NCBI GenBank assembly: GCA_963691875.1
Contig: OY829846.1
Coordinates: forward strand, 2,528,001-2,592,000
Reading direction: 5' to 3'
From: Aureliella sp.
GTDB taxonomy: Bacteria > Planctomycetota > Planctomycetia > Pirellulales > Pirellulaceae
Length of the DNA stretch: 64,000 nucleotides
The notes beneath the pieces are model-generated. The model saw only the letters and a program-made list of their open reading frames with translations, had not been told where the DNA came from and made no database searches. Every line of letters starts with the position of its first letter. Position 1 is the first letter of the stretch. Positions 23,832 to 33,452 of this stretch are shown one piece after another. The position numbers were made by a program, and so were the translations under genes.

Positions 23832-24731
23832 GAGATTGACCGAATTTGCGTCTATGATCTCACCGATTATTCCTTCGCTGGGAAAGTCCATGATGACGGT
23901 GCCAAGGTGCTGGTCGCTTGGAAATTCCTGAATCAGCCGCAATGTGTACTCATTCGTCAAAGCAGCGTACTTACGCGGTGTCAGCAAGTTGGCAGGGACG
24001 GTACCGCTGCAATAGTTCAAATGCCATCTTCCTTGGTGATCCGCAACAGCAGCTTCAAACTGCTTCCGTATTAACTCTTGCTTCTCGTCTACAGGTGCAG
24101 TGTAACGATCTTGCTTATTCAACGTCCTCCACGGTAAGCCACCTAAACTACTGACTCGATCTACTAATACGATCTTGCCGCGGACTTCTTTCAGTGTTGG
24201 AATCTTGCTTCCTCGCCACCAAATGGCAGCTCCATTTTCGATTGTGGCCTCGAATGTTTCCCGAAAGGATCTGCTGTTCTGCCGCGGCGTCGATTCCCGC
24301 TTGATTGCCATAATGACGCATTCCGAAGGATGCTTGTTTAGGAATTCTTGGCAGTCTTGGACCACACTTTCAAAAGTTAGCTTCTGGTCTACTACGCCAT
24401 GATAAATGTGAAATTCATTTTTCAGATGACGGCATCGGATATCCAGAAAACGGACTCCGGCGGCAAGCTGATCCGAAATGCTCCAGCTTTGGCACTTTGC
24501 AAACCCAAATGAGAGCCCATCAAATCGGGCTCCAGAATCATGGGTTCCCGGAATTGAAAGTTGGGCGAGCGTCAGGCTGTCTGGAAGTTTTGACATCCAG
24601 TCTTTGTAACGCGAAACCTGCGTATCTGCGGGTTTCGCGTCGAAGGACACCCCTGATGGACTGCTCGCTTCATCTTGAGCTGGGGCTCTGATGAGGAGCA
24701 GAGTCAGAAATAGGAATGAGGAAATACGCAT
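23823..24731 (-). CDS. Phosphatidylinositol-specific phospholipase C (PI-PLC X domain), secreted
   Basis: WMSKLPD, LSIPGTHDS, CQSWSISDQLAAGVRFLDIR, IYHG, FLNKHPSECVIM, PTLKEVRGKIV, LGTVIMDFP. Likely start MRISSFL at 24731, with a signal peptide. Confidence 0.9.
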   Translation of the reverse strand: MRISSFLFLTLLLIRAPAQDEASSPSGVSFDAKPADTQVSRYKDWMSKLPDSLTLAQLSIPGTHDSGARFDGLSFGFAKCQSWSISDQLAAGVRFLDIRCRHLKNEFHIYHGVVDQKLTFESVVQDCQEFLNKHPSECVIMAIKRESTPRQNSRSFRETFEATIENGAAIWWRGSKIPTLKEVRGKIVLVDRVSSLGGLPWRTLNKQDRYTAPVDEKQELIRKQFEAAVADHQGRWHLNYCSGTVPANLLTPRKYAALTNEYTLRLIQEFPSDQHLGTVIMDFPSEGIIGEIIDANSVNLGP

Positions 24732-24899
24732 GTTCAGCTTGGAGCCTTCGATTCTCGCGCGGCAAACTGAGCTGGATTCTACTTTATCTTGCCTCTTGAA
24801 TCCTAGGGTTTCAGAAGGTTTGAGAAAAAAGAAACGCGCAAGGCATGGACAGGGCGCGCAACTCCCGTTTGTTATGCCATCTGGTGAATCGTAAAGGTG

Positions 24900-25426
24900 T
24901 GACACAACATCGAGTACCATATGCGATTCACAATCTGAAATTGGATCACGAGTTGATTTCTATTTCCGATCAGTGGTTGATTGGTAGCTTCGAAAACCAG
25001 CCTTCGCGATTTCACTTTGAAGCACTGATTACTCCGATGCACTGTGCAGCCCAGCGTCTCGAGGAGACTGACCGGCAGCAGGTAGCTTTATTCTACGAGA
25101 GACTTCAGGAGAGGCACCCTTGTCCCATTTATCAACTCAATCACTCCGTTGCCATCGCACGAGATAGTCGTGCCGACAGGACTCTGCGACAGACCGAGCA
25201 AGTTCGTGATGGCGGAGAACTGAAGGACTGCTATCTACTCCATTGCACGATCGGCTAGATCCAAACTCTGGCTGGAAACACATCGGCCGCCGTTGGTGCT
25301 TATCTGGATGTATTGCGAGGCCCGAACGCCAAGCATCAGAAGACACTGATTGAAAAGCGACTCAGGGAAATCTCCCCTTCCACCCAGATTGGGCAAGTCG
25401 GAATGTCAATCGGTAAGCGGATGTGA
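24900..25426 (+). pseudogene. C-terminal remnant of an ECF sigma factor with TPR-like extension (ECF42/DUF6596 type)
   Basis: SRFHFEALITPMHCAAQRLEETDRQQVALFYERL...PCPIYQLNHSVAIA...LKDCYLLHCTIG*IQTLAGNTSAAVGAYLDVL...KTLIEKRL, with an in-frame TAG at 25256-25258; sigma regions 2 and 4 are absent. Confidence 0.65.
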
Positions 25427-25541
25427 AACGTGGTTGGCCATGCAAACACGTTGGGGGCTCTACAAGTTCAATGAAACCTGTGTAAACTTCAACGATATCA
25501 CTCCGCAATCTCTCACCTTTCTTTAGCCTAAGAGGCATGAC

Positions 25542-26138
25542 ATGTCACGAAATATTCTCATCGTATGCGCGATGGCACTCTTGTTGACCGGATGCAATTC
25601 AGAAGAAGCTACCGAACCGACTCCTGCTGCAGGCGACAACACGCCCCCGGCAACATCTTCCGGCTCGGGCTTCGCCGTCACGAGTGAAAACACGAAGGTT
25701 CTGTTCGTTGGCACTAAGAAGTCCGGTGATTCGCAGGCCGGTGGCTTTAAGGAAGTGAGTGGAACTATCGGTGTCGACGGGGACAAAATTACTTCGGTAA
25801 ATGTAGTCATCCAAGTGGACTCACTTTTCTCCGGCCAAGAAAAGCTGACAGGGCACTTGAAAAATGAAGACTTCTTTAGCGTCAAGGAATTCCCTGAACT
25901 GACTTTTGCATCCTCAAAAGTTGAAGGTTCGGGGGAAGTCACCATCACGGGTGAGCTCAACATGCACGGACAGACTGGCGAGATTTCGTTCCCTGCGACA
26001 GTTTCCGTAACCGATGGAAAAGTGAAGCTGGACGCGAAATTCAAAGTCGATCGCACCAAGTTTGGCATGAACTACACCGGCCAGCCTGACAATCCGATCA
26101 ACGCCGAGGTCGATATCGAGATTTTAGTTGGCGCTTGA
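25542..26138 (+). CDS. YceI family lipoprotein
   Basis: Lipobox LLTGC, LTGHLKNEDFFSVKEFP, ITGELNMHG, DRTKFGM. Confidence 0.9.
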   Translation: MSRNILIVCAMALLLTGCNSEEATEPTPAAGDNTPPATSSGSGFAVTSENTKVLFVGTKKSGDSQAGGFKEVSGTIGVDGDKITSVNVVIQVDSLFSGQEKLTGHLKNEDFFSVKEFPELTFASSKVEGSGEVTITGELNMHGQTGEISFPATVSVTDGKVKLDAKFKVDRTKFGMNYTGQPDNPINAEVDIEILVGA

Positions 26139-26181
26139 GTAATCCCCGCCAGTCAACACGCGAAACGGCGTAACCAATTCC

Positions 26182-26955
26182 ATGGCTTTTGTTGTTGGGA
26201 TGCTGATCAAAACGGCCGCGGTCCCCATTGTGGTTGCGGTCGTTGTGACTTGGCTTATATACCGGCTTGAAAGATTGAAACCTCAAGCGACCACGTTGGG
26301 CGTGGCTTGTGGTTTCATAGCGGGCTGGTTTTTCCAAGAATTCTCGGTCTGGTTTCCGGTTAGATACTTGGATTGGTTTCCCGCAGCAGCGTTAATTCTA
26401 GCCTTGCTCCCGAAAGTTTCGCCTATCGCCGCAGCTTGGTTTCTGGTTCCCGCATTTCCCAAAATGGTTCCGCCGCGTCTCTGGGCGGTGGGATTGCTCA
26501 CTGTCTTTACCTACGGCTTGGCCTGGTTCTTAAACAAAGCCACGGATAAGATCCAGCAGCGAGCGCTTGTTGGCGTGTTTATGGCGACCGGCACAGCATG
26601 CTCCCTGGTGCTATTGCAATCTTTTTCACTGAAGTTCGCTCAAATTGCAGGATTGCTCACAGCCTCGCTAACCGCTGCGCTTCTATTTGCCAATAAACCA
26701 GGCGGCAATGCCAAAGGACTGCCATTCTTATTCTTTGGCTTGATGTGCAACCTGATGTTCATTGGTTACGCGAATACGTCCTCCGACGTCCCGACCTGGT
26801 GCTTTGCTCTTCCCTTAGTGGCTCCGCTCGTCTTGCTCTGGAATCCAAATTCCAGGAAACTGCAAGCGGTACGTTACTCTCTCGTCGTGACCATTTTGAT
26901 GGTTGCTGTCATCCCAGCTCTGCTGGTTCATCCGCCTTGGGAAGCCGAGCACTAG
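26182..26955 (+). CDS. Hypothetical multi-pass membrane protein
   Basis: 257-aa ORF with many hydrophobic segments, 43 bp downstream of the YceI gene on the same strand. Confidence 0.7.
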   Translation: MAFVVGMLIKTAAVPIVVAVVVTWLIYRLERLKPQATTLGVACGFIAGWFFQEFSVWFPVRYLDWFPAAALILALLPKVSPIAAAWFLVPAFPKMVPPRLWAVGLLTVFTYGLAWFLNKATDKIQQRALVGVFMATGTACSLVLLQSFSLKFAQIAGLLTASLTAALLFANKPGGNAKGLPFLFFGLMCNLMFIGYANTSSDVPTWCFALPLVAPLVLLWNPNSRKLQAVRYSLVVTILMVAVIPALLVHPPWEAEH

Positions 26956-27130
26956 CTTCTGTCGAACAATTCGGAAATCAAGTGAGCGACAAGTCGCATA
27001 GCCGTCGGTTATTTCAGGCTTTTGACGTGACTAACACCGTGCCCCTCAGGAGGACTGCTTAGTGGAGTCTGGAAAACCGACAAGCTAGAAGCTTAACGCA
27101 CGTTGAAAGCCTAAACAAATCGATGGGTCC

Positions 27131-30100
27131 TCAAGGAGTTTCGATCCTATCAGGAATAATGACCGCGGGCAAACCACTCGATTTATATCTGGTATTAAAG
27201 TCGGCGATCGAGCCTTGGATGAGCTTGTCCAACTGCACGCGAAGTTCCTCCCATTGATTGGATAAGTCCGCCAACCTCTGCAGAGAGGCCTGAGTTGGCA
27301 GCGGAGAATTAGTATCTAGCTCGCCTGCTAGGTACAGCAACTGAGCATTGAGCCGGTTGGGGAAATTGACGACATCTTGCTGAGTCTTCTGCCGCCGCTG
27401 AATGAGTTGCGACTCCCAAGCCTTCAACTGCTCCGAGGCTGCTTGAGCAAGTTGTACCAGCTCCGTGTGTTCCTCCATGTTCTTGAGCAACTTGAGCTTA
27501 CCAGATAGCTGAGCTTTCACCTGAGCGAATCGATTCACTTCTGAATGGAGCTCAGCAGCCATCTCGCGAATCGAATCCAAAGCCTCTTGCTGGGCTTCGT
27601 AATCCTGTTCATCCGCCTCGATGCGAGGATCTGGAACGACCAGAGCTTCGGCTTCTGGAGCTCCAAGATCCTCACTTGATGAAAGTCTTAGTGTGTACCG
27701 GCCAGGGGTGACTCGCGGGCCGTTGTGACTGCCAAGCACATAGACGTCGGGGACTCCAGGGATCGGATCCGCACGCAAGTCCCAATGAAATCGATTGAGC
27801 CCAGGCTTCGTAGGAAGAACCAATGGCTTCGAAGGCCCGCCAGCCCAGCCTGCAGCCTTCTTTGGTGCAACGGAACTAAGTGTTCGGACAATCTTCCCGT
27901 CTTCGCGAATGACTTCAAGCTGCAGCTCCATATCTTGCGTCCAGCTGCTGGGTAGGTGATAGTCAAAGATGACTCCTGGCAACGGATTCTGCCCACTAAA
28001 TGGCGAAGCTGACGCCGACGTCGCAGACGAGAACTTTGTGGTCGATTTCGGAGTGAAAATCGCAAACTTATTCGGCTCTAATGCTCCGCCCGATTGCTGA
28101 ATCGAACTAAGGTCGTCGAGTATCCAGAAGGCTCTGCCAGAGGTGGCAACGATCAGATCGTTGTCGCGAAAGGTCAAATCAGTAATAGGACATTTTGGAA
28201 GGTTGAGCTGAAATTCAGACCAGTGCATTCCCTGATCCAGCGAAATGTACAGTCCGCCTTCCGTTCCAGCGTAAAGAACTTGTTCATTAACAGGATCTTG
28301 CCGGATAACTCGCACAAAATGTCCATCCGCGATTCCGTGGGTGATAGGGGCCCACGACTTGCCATTGTCCACAGTCTTCAGAGCCATGGGACGCAGCTCG
28401 CTAAACTTATATCGCGTGACCGCAGCAAAAGCGGTATTGGGATCGTGCGTTGAAATATCCAAGCAGTTGACGAGACACTCCTCGAGGCCGTCCGGGGTAA
28501 CATCGATCCATCCTTTGCCTTCATCGTCGGTACGATGAACAAGTCCGTCATCCGTCCCGACCCATATTGTCCCAGCTGCGTGAGGAGACACTGCGATGTA
28601 GCTGATGGTGTTATAGACCTCGCCGCCTGCTGCTTCATTGGTGAACGGCTCGCTTCCGTCACCATGCTTCTCAGGTTCGTTACGAGTCAGATCTCCGCTG
28701 ATTTCGGTCCAGCTATGCCCTGCATCGTCACTTCGAAAAATCACATTCGCGCCGAGATAAAGGACGTTTGGATCTTGATGCTGAGCCGCCAGCGGCCCAT
28801 TCCAGTTGAACCGATACTGCTGATCTTTGGCCAGAACACCGAGATTTAAGGAAGGATACACGACGACGCTTTTCTGCTCGTCCGTCTTCAAGTCATGTCG
28901 CGTCAGCATGCCTTGAATACTTGTCCCGAAAACCTGATCAGGCTGATCTGGATCGAAAGCCAAGAAAGCGCTCTCTCCACCTGCAGTCGGAAACCAATTA
29001 CGTTCTGTGATACCACCAGAATTCGACTGACTTGCAATACTGACTGTGCTGTTGTCTTGCTGCCCACCATAGATTCGGTAGGGAAACTGGCGATCGGTGA
29101 TAACGCGATAAAACTGGGCTGTGGGCTGATTGTTTTGCGGCGACCACGAGGCTCCACTATTAAACGTAATGCAGGCTCCTCCGTCGTTGGCCAAAATCAT
29201 GTTGTTGGGATTGATTGGATTGATCCAGAGATCGTGTTGATCGGTGTGCGGATTCGGGATCGGCTGGAAATTGTTTCCGCCATCAATGGACTTTAGGAGC
29301 GGCGCATTCAGGACATACACTTGGTCTTCATCCCGCGGATCAGCTACGACTTCGATGTAGTACCATGCTCGCGCAACCGTGACTCGCTCCGAGTTGACTT
29401 GTTGCCAGGTTTTGCCTGCGTTGTTGGAGCGAAATACACCACCTTGTTTGGCTTCGATGTTGGCGTAGACGACGTCAGGATTTGCTGGAGAAACGGTTAC
29501 CGCGACTTTTCCCATCGTGTCGGGCAAGCCAGCCGACAACTTCTTCCAGGTGGTTCCACCGTCAGTGGACTTGTGAATGCCTGAACCCGAGCCGCCGCTA
29601 CGAATCTTCCAAGGGAGTCGCTGGTGGTCCCAAGTTGCAGCATACAGAATCCGCGGATTGGTTCCGTCCATACTCAGATCAGCTGCACCACTGGTGTCAT
29701 TCACAAACAAGACTTGTTCCCAAGAGCCACCGCCGTCGGTCGAGCGATAGATGCCGCGTTCTGCGGAAGGGCCGTACAACTCACCTTGCACAGCAACATA
29801 AACGAGTTCAGGATTTGTCGGGTGAATTCGAATTGCTGCGATGTGACGGGAGTCTTCCAAGCCGCAGTGTTCCCAAGTACGTCCTGCATCAGTGCTCTTG
29901 TACACTCCGTCGCCATGCGAGGTCATGACGCCTCGCACCGCGTGTTCACCCATTCCGACGTAAATGACGTTTGGGTCGCTGGATGAAACTGCCAATGCAC
30001 CGACCGAGCCAGTTTTGAGCTGTCCGTCTGAGATGTTGTTCCAAGTGATTCCAGCGTCAGTCGTTTTCCATACTCCGCCCCCGGTGCTTCCGAAGTAATA

Positions 30101-30301
30101 GACTTGCGGCTGGCCAAGCACGCCGGTTACCGCGTTGCTGCGTCCACCACGGAAAGGACCGACATTGCGGAACTTCAGAGACGAAAATGCTTTGGAGAGA
30201 CTCTGCCTCTCCACAGAGCCGAGGTCTTGCGAATGGGCTGCAATCGGCAAAACGCAGTGAAGGCACAGGAGAAACGGTGCGAAGCGAAGCTGTCGAGTCA
30301 T
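27131..30301 (-). CDS. VPS10/sortilin-like BNR repeat protein, paralog 2
   Basis: [12 protein letters not shown], repeated Asp boxes, [25 protein letters not shown]; same architecture as 7957..11151. Likely start MTRQL at 30301. Confidence 0.9.
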   Translation of the reverse strand: MTRQLRFAPFLLCLHCVLPIAAHSQDLGSVERQSLSKAFSSLKFRNVGPFRGGRSNAVTGVLGQPQVYYFGSTGGGVWKTTDAGITWNNISDGQLKTGSVGALAVSSSDPNVIYVGMGEHAVRGVMTSHGDGVYKSTDAGRTWEHCGLEDSRHIAAIRIHPTNPELVYVAVQGELYGPSAERGIYRSTDGGGSWEQVLFVNDTSGAADLSMDGTNPRILYAATWDHQRLPWKIRSGGSGSGIHKSTDGGTTWKKLSAGLPDTMGKVAVTVSPANPDVVYANIEAKQGGVFRSNNAGKTWQQVNSERVTVARAWYYIEVVADPRDEDQVYVLNAPLLKSIDGGNNFQPIPNPHTDQHDLWINPINPNNMILANDGGACITFNSGASWSPQNNQPTAQFYRVITDRQFPYRIYGGQQDNSTVSIASQSNSGGITERNWFPTAGGESAFLAFDPDQPDQVFGTSIQGMLTRHDLKTDEQKSVVVYPSLNLGVLAKDQQYRFNWNGPLAAQHQDPNVLYLGANVIFRSDDAGHSWTEISGDLTRNEPEKHGDGSEPFTNEAAGGEVYNTISYIAVSPHAAGTIWVGTDDGLVHRTDDEGKGWIDVTPDGLEECLVNCLDISTHDPNTAFAAVTRYKFSELRPMALKTVDNGKSWAPITHGIADGHFVRVIRQDPVNEQVLYAGTEGGLYISLDQGMHWSEFQLNLPKCPITDLTFRDNDLIVATSGRAFWILDDLSSIQQSGGALEPNKFAIFTPKSTTKFSSATSASASPFSGQNPLPGVIFDYHLPSSWTQDMELQLEVIREDGKIVRTLSSVAPKKAAGWAGGPSKPLVLPTKPGLNRFHWDLRADPIPGVPDVYVLGSHNGPRVTPGRYTLRLSSSEDLGAPEAEALVVPDPRIEADEQDYEAQQEALDSIREMAAELHSEVNRFAQVKAQLSGKLKLLKNMEEHTELVQLAQAASEQLKAWESQLIQRRQKTQQDVVNFPNRLNAQLLYLAGELDTNSPLPTQASLQRLADLSNQWEELRVQLDKLIQGSIADFNTRYKSSGLPAVIIPDRIETP

Positions 30302-30748
30302 GAAAATAGTTCTAGTTTCTGGAGCCAAGTAACTTGTCCTTGGATTTGGTCGCCCTTAGCTCCTAAGCAATAAATGCCGATTAGCTAAGTTTCCTAGGCC
30401 CGGATTGATTATCTGGGTACAGAAAACCGGTGCACAACGCTGCAATCACAACTACACAGACACATTACAGGCCGGAATGTTAGTCTTAGTTGAAGGAACC
30501 TCACTGCCAATCTCTTAAGCTGTGGGCCCTTACAGATTCAAGCATAGTCCGTTTCGTGTAGAAGAACAGAAACTCACTTATAGTGAAAACTTCTCGATGA
30601 TAGTCCCGCTCTAAGATGGTGGCACGCTTCGAACTAAGACCTTCCCAGAATTTGGACCTTCCCAACCAGTTAGCAGAAGCGAACGTTCCCTTGCGGACGG
30701 TCGCTTGCACGCCCGTCCATATCGCTTCTATTGGTCACTCCCTTCCGC

Positions 30749-31921
30749 TTACTCCTTCTCCAACGACTGGTAGACAAGATTCCGAACTTGGCTGCCCCAG
30801 TTCCGCGAGCCGTAGGGATTGATCTGCACCATGTAAAGGATTGCCAGTTGCATTTCGGGATTTACCCAAAAGCGAGTGCCCGCCGCACCTCCCCAAGAAT
30901 AATCACCGCGAGCTGCGATTCTGAAGCCAAGCCCAAACTGAAAACTGCGAGAAGCCTCTTCCACTTGATCGCCAAGTTGATTGGTGAACATCATTTCTAG
31001 GGTCTCGGCCTTGAGGATCTGCTTTCCATTGGCCTTGCCTTTGCCCAAGAGCATTTGACAGAACTTCAAGTAGTCATCAATGGTCGAGCAGAGTCCACCT
31101 CCTCCGCTATCAAAATCAGTCGCATTCACAAACCGAAACGAAGAAAAGGGTGAAGCGGGTTTCAGATTTCCATCCTCGCCCTCATAAAGCTCGGCGAGGC
31201 GCGTTAGCTTGTCTCTAGGAACCGAGAAGGAAGTGTCTTTCATCTCAAGCGGATCGAAAATATTCTCCTTCAAGTAGTCGGCGAATCTTTGGCCACTCAC
31301 GACTTCCACAACTCGTCCCAAAACATCGGTCGATGCACTGTAGTGAAATCGTTGGCCGGGATGATACAGCAAGGGGATGTCGCCGAGCTTCTCCACCATT
31401 TCTTCCAAGTTCTTGTCGGCAAACAAAATGCCCTTGTTTCGATAAGCCTTGTCGACAGCAGTGTTGCCGAAGAATCCGTAGGTAAGTCCCGAGGTGTGCC
31501 GCAGCAGGTCGCGGATATTCATCTTCCGTCTTGGCTCGACCTTTTTTTCTCCTTCCAACACCTTCAGCTTCGCAAAGGCAGGCAAGTGCTTCTCAACAGG
31601 ATCATCCAGCCCCAACTTTCCGGATTCAACCAGCTGCATCACTGCGACACTGGTGATTGGCTTGGACATCGAGTAGATGCGAAAAATCGTGTCACGTTCT
31701 ACATCTCTTTCCTTGCGTTTATTCCGCTTGCCCCAGTCGTCGTAATAGACGACTTCGCCTTCATGAAAGACCAGAGCGCTGTGCCCAATGACTTTGTCTT
31801 CGTCGACTGCCGTTTGAAGTAATTCATCAATCTTCGGAAAACGCGACTTCTCCTGAGCAAGGACGGCTTGGGCTGAGAGTAATGTGCAGACGATCAATAA
31901 AATGTACTTTAGTGATTTCAC
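30749..31921 (-). CDS. Serine hydrolase, beta-lactamase class C / D-peptidase family
   Basis: FRIYSMSKP (SxxK), LLRHTSGL, PGQRFHYS, GGGGLCST, WGGAAGTRFW; signal peptide. Confidence 0.9.
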   Translation of the reverse strand: MKSLKYILLIVCTLLSAQAVLAQEKSRFPKIDELLQTAVDEDKVIGHSALVFHEGEVVYYDDWGKRNKRKERDVERDTIFRIYSMSKPITSVAVMQLVESGKLGLDDPVEKHLPAFAKLKVLEGEKKVEPRRKMNIRDLLRHTSGLTYGFFGNTAVDKAYRNKGILFADKNLEEMVEKLGDIPLLYHPGQRFHYSASTDVLGRVVEVVSGQRFADYLKENIFDPLEMKDTSFSVPRDKLTRLAELYEGEDGNLKPASPFSSFRFVNATDFDSGGGGLCSTIDDYLKFCQMLLGKGKANGKQILKAETLEMMFTNQLGDQVEEASRSFQFGLGFRIAARGDYSWGGAAGTRFWVNPEMQLAILYMVQINPYGSRNWGSQVRNLVYQSLEKE

Positions 31922-31958
31922 TTTAAATCCCTAATGATTCATCATTCCGTTTTTGTTA

Positions 31959-33422
31959 CTATGCGAGGATATCACGCACGACCCGACCACCGACATCCGT
32001 AAGACTCTCATTCCGACCTTGATGGAAGTAGGTTAGCAGTTCGTGATCGAGTCCCATAATATTCAAGATCGTGGCATGCATGTCGTGCAAGTGAACTTTG
32101 TTCTCAATTGCCTCGAAACCAAACTCATCCGTCTTGCCATAGGTCATCCCGCCTTTCACTCCTCCACCCGCCATCCACATTGAATAGCCGTAAGGATTAT
32201 GGTTGCGTCCCTTCGCGTTCTTCCCCTCGCTGAATGGCATCCTACCAAACTCGCCTCCCCAGACTATTAGCGTATCGTCCAACATAGAACGACGTTCGAG
32301 GTCGGTGAGCAAGGCTGCGATCGGTTGATCTACTTCGGGCGCGTGCTGCCCGTGGTTGGACTCGATACCAGCATGTGCGTCCCAGGTTTCCTCTAGATGC
32401 CCGCCGCCAGAGTAAAGCTGAATAAAACGTACGCCGCGTTCGACCAAGCGGCGTGCGATCAGACAATTGCGTCCGTACTCGTCAGTCGGCTTCTTTCCAA
32501 CTCCATAGAGATCCAAGGTTTCCTGTGACTCCTGCGATAAGTCCACGGCTTCCGGCGTTGCTGACTGCATGCGGTAGGCCAACTCATAACTATCCATCCT
32601 GGCCGCGAGTTCCCTATCACCAGACCTCCCATCAAGGTGCATCTGATTAATTTCCCCCAGAAAGTCAAGCTGATTACGCTGAGCTCGGTCTGTCATGTGC
32701 TGCGGGCCACGAAGATCCAAAATCGGATCGCCCACCGGCCTGAACAACGTGCCTGAATAAGTAGCTGGCATGAATCCACTGGCCCAATTGGGCTGGCCAC
32801 TGATGGGACCACCGCGTTTATCGAGCATGACGACGTAGCCCGGAAGGTTTTCGTTCTCCGTACCAAGACCATAGACGGCCCAACTACCGAGCGATGGCCG
32901 GCCAATCTGTATCTTACCGGTGTTCATCGCTACCAGTGCCGAACCATGAGCATGGCTGTCGGTGTGACAGGAGTTCAGCACGCAGAGCTTATCCGCGTGC
33001 TTGCGAATGTTCGGAAAGTAATCGGAAACAAGCAAGCCACTGTCGCCCCCAGGTCGGAACTTCCGCCAAGCCGGCGTCAAATAACCGACTTTGCGTCCGC
33101 CAGAATTGATGTACTTGCGGTCTGACGGCAAAGGCTTGCCCGCATACTTCTCCAGTTCGGGTTTGTAGTCAAATGTATCTACTTGAGAAGGAGCTCCATT
33201 CATCGTCAAAAAGATGCATGACTTTGCTCGAGCTGGCAATTGTGGCGTCTTGGGTGCGAGCGGATTGGTAGAGGTCGACGTATCATCGGCTCTTACATGC
33301 CGCCCCAAGAATCCGTCCTGACTCAACAGCGAAGCCATCGCCAGCCCAGCGACACCGTGGAATGCTTGGCGGCCGAACTGCCTGCGCGTCTGCCCGCAAG
33401 AGTAGACTGTGTTATTCGACAT
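31959..33422 (-). CDS. DUF1501 domain protein (Tat signal)
   Basis: TRRQF, AKSCIFLTMNGAPSQVDTFDYKP, RPSLGSWAVYGLG, ARRLVERGVRFIQ, WGGEFGRMP, HLHDMHATIL. Confidence 0.93.
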   Translation of the reverse strand: MSNNTVYSCGQTRRQFGRQAFHGVAGLAMASLLSQDGFLGRHVRADDTSTSTNPLAPKTPQLPARAKSCIFLTMNGAPSQVDTFDYKPELEKYAGKPLPSDRKYINSGGRKVGYLTPAWRKFRPGGDSGLLVSDYFPNIRKHADKLCVLNSCHTDSHAHGSALVAMNTGKIQIGRPSLGSWAVYGLGTENENLPGYVVMLDKRGGPISGQPNWASGFMPATYSGTLFRPVGDPILDLRGPQHMTDRAQRNQLDFLGEINQMHLDGRSGDRELAARMDSYELAYRMQSATPEAVDLSQESQETLDLYGVGKKPTDEYGRNCLIARRLVERGVRFIQLYSGGGHLEETWDAHAGIESNHGQHAPEVDQPIAALLTDLERRSMLDDTLIVWGGEFGRMPFSEGKNAKGRNHNPYGYSMWMAGGGVKGGMTYGKTDEFGFEAIENKVHLHDMHATILNIMGLDHELLTYFHQGRNESLTDVGGRVVRDILA

Positions 33423-33452
33423 TAACGTCCTCCGTCCAACTCGCCCTTAAGC

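Noticed and set aside
30340..30745. Short ORFs between the VPS10 paralog and the serine hydrolase
   Set aside because: Overlapping short frames on both strands with no motif support.
30749..31921. Serine hydrolase as an antibiotic-resistance beta-lactamase
   Set aside because: The SxxK fold is shared by many esterases and peptidases; nothing here specifically supports beta-lactamase activity.
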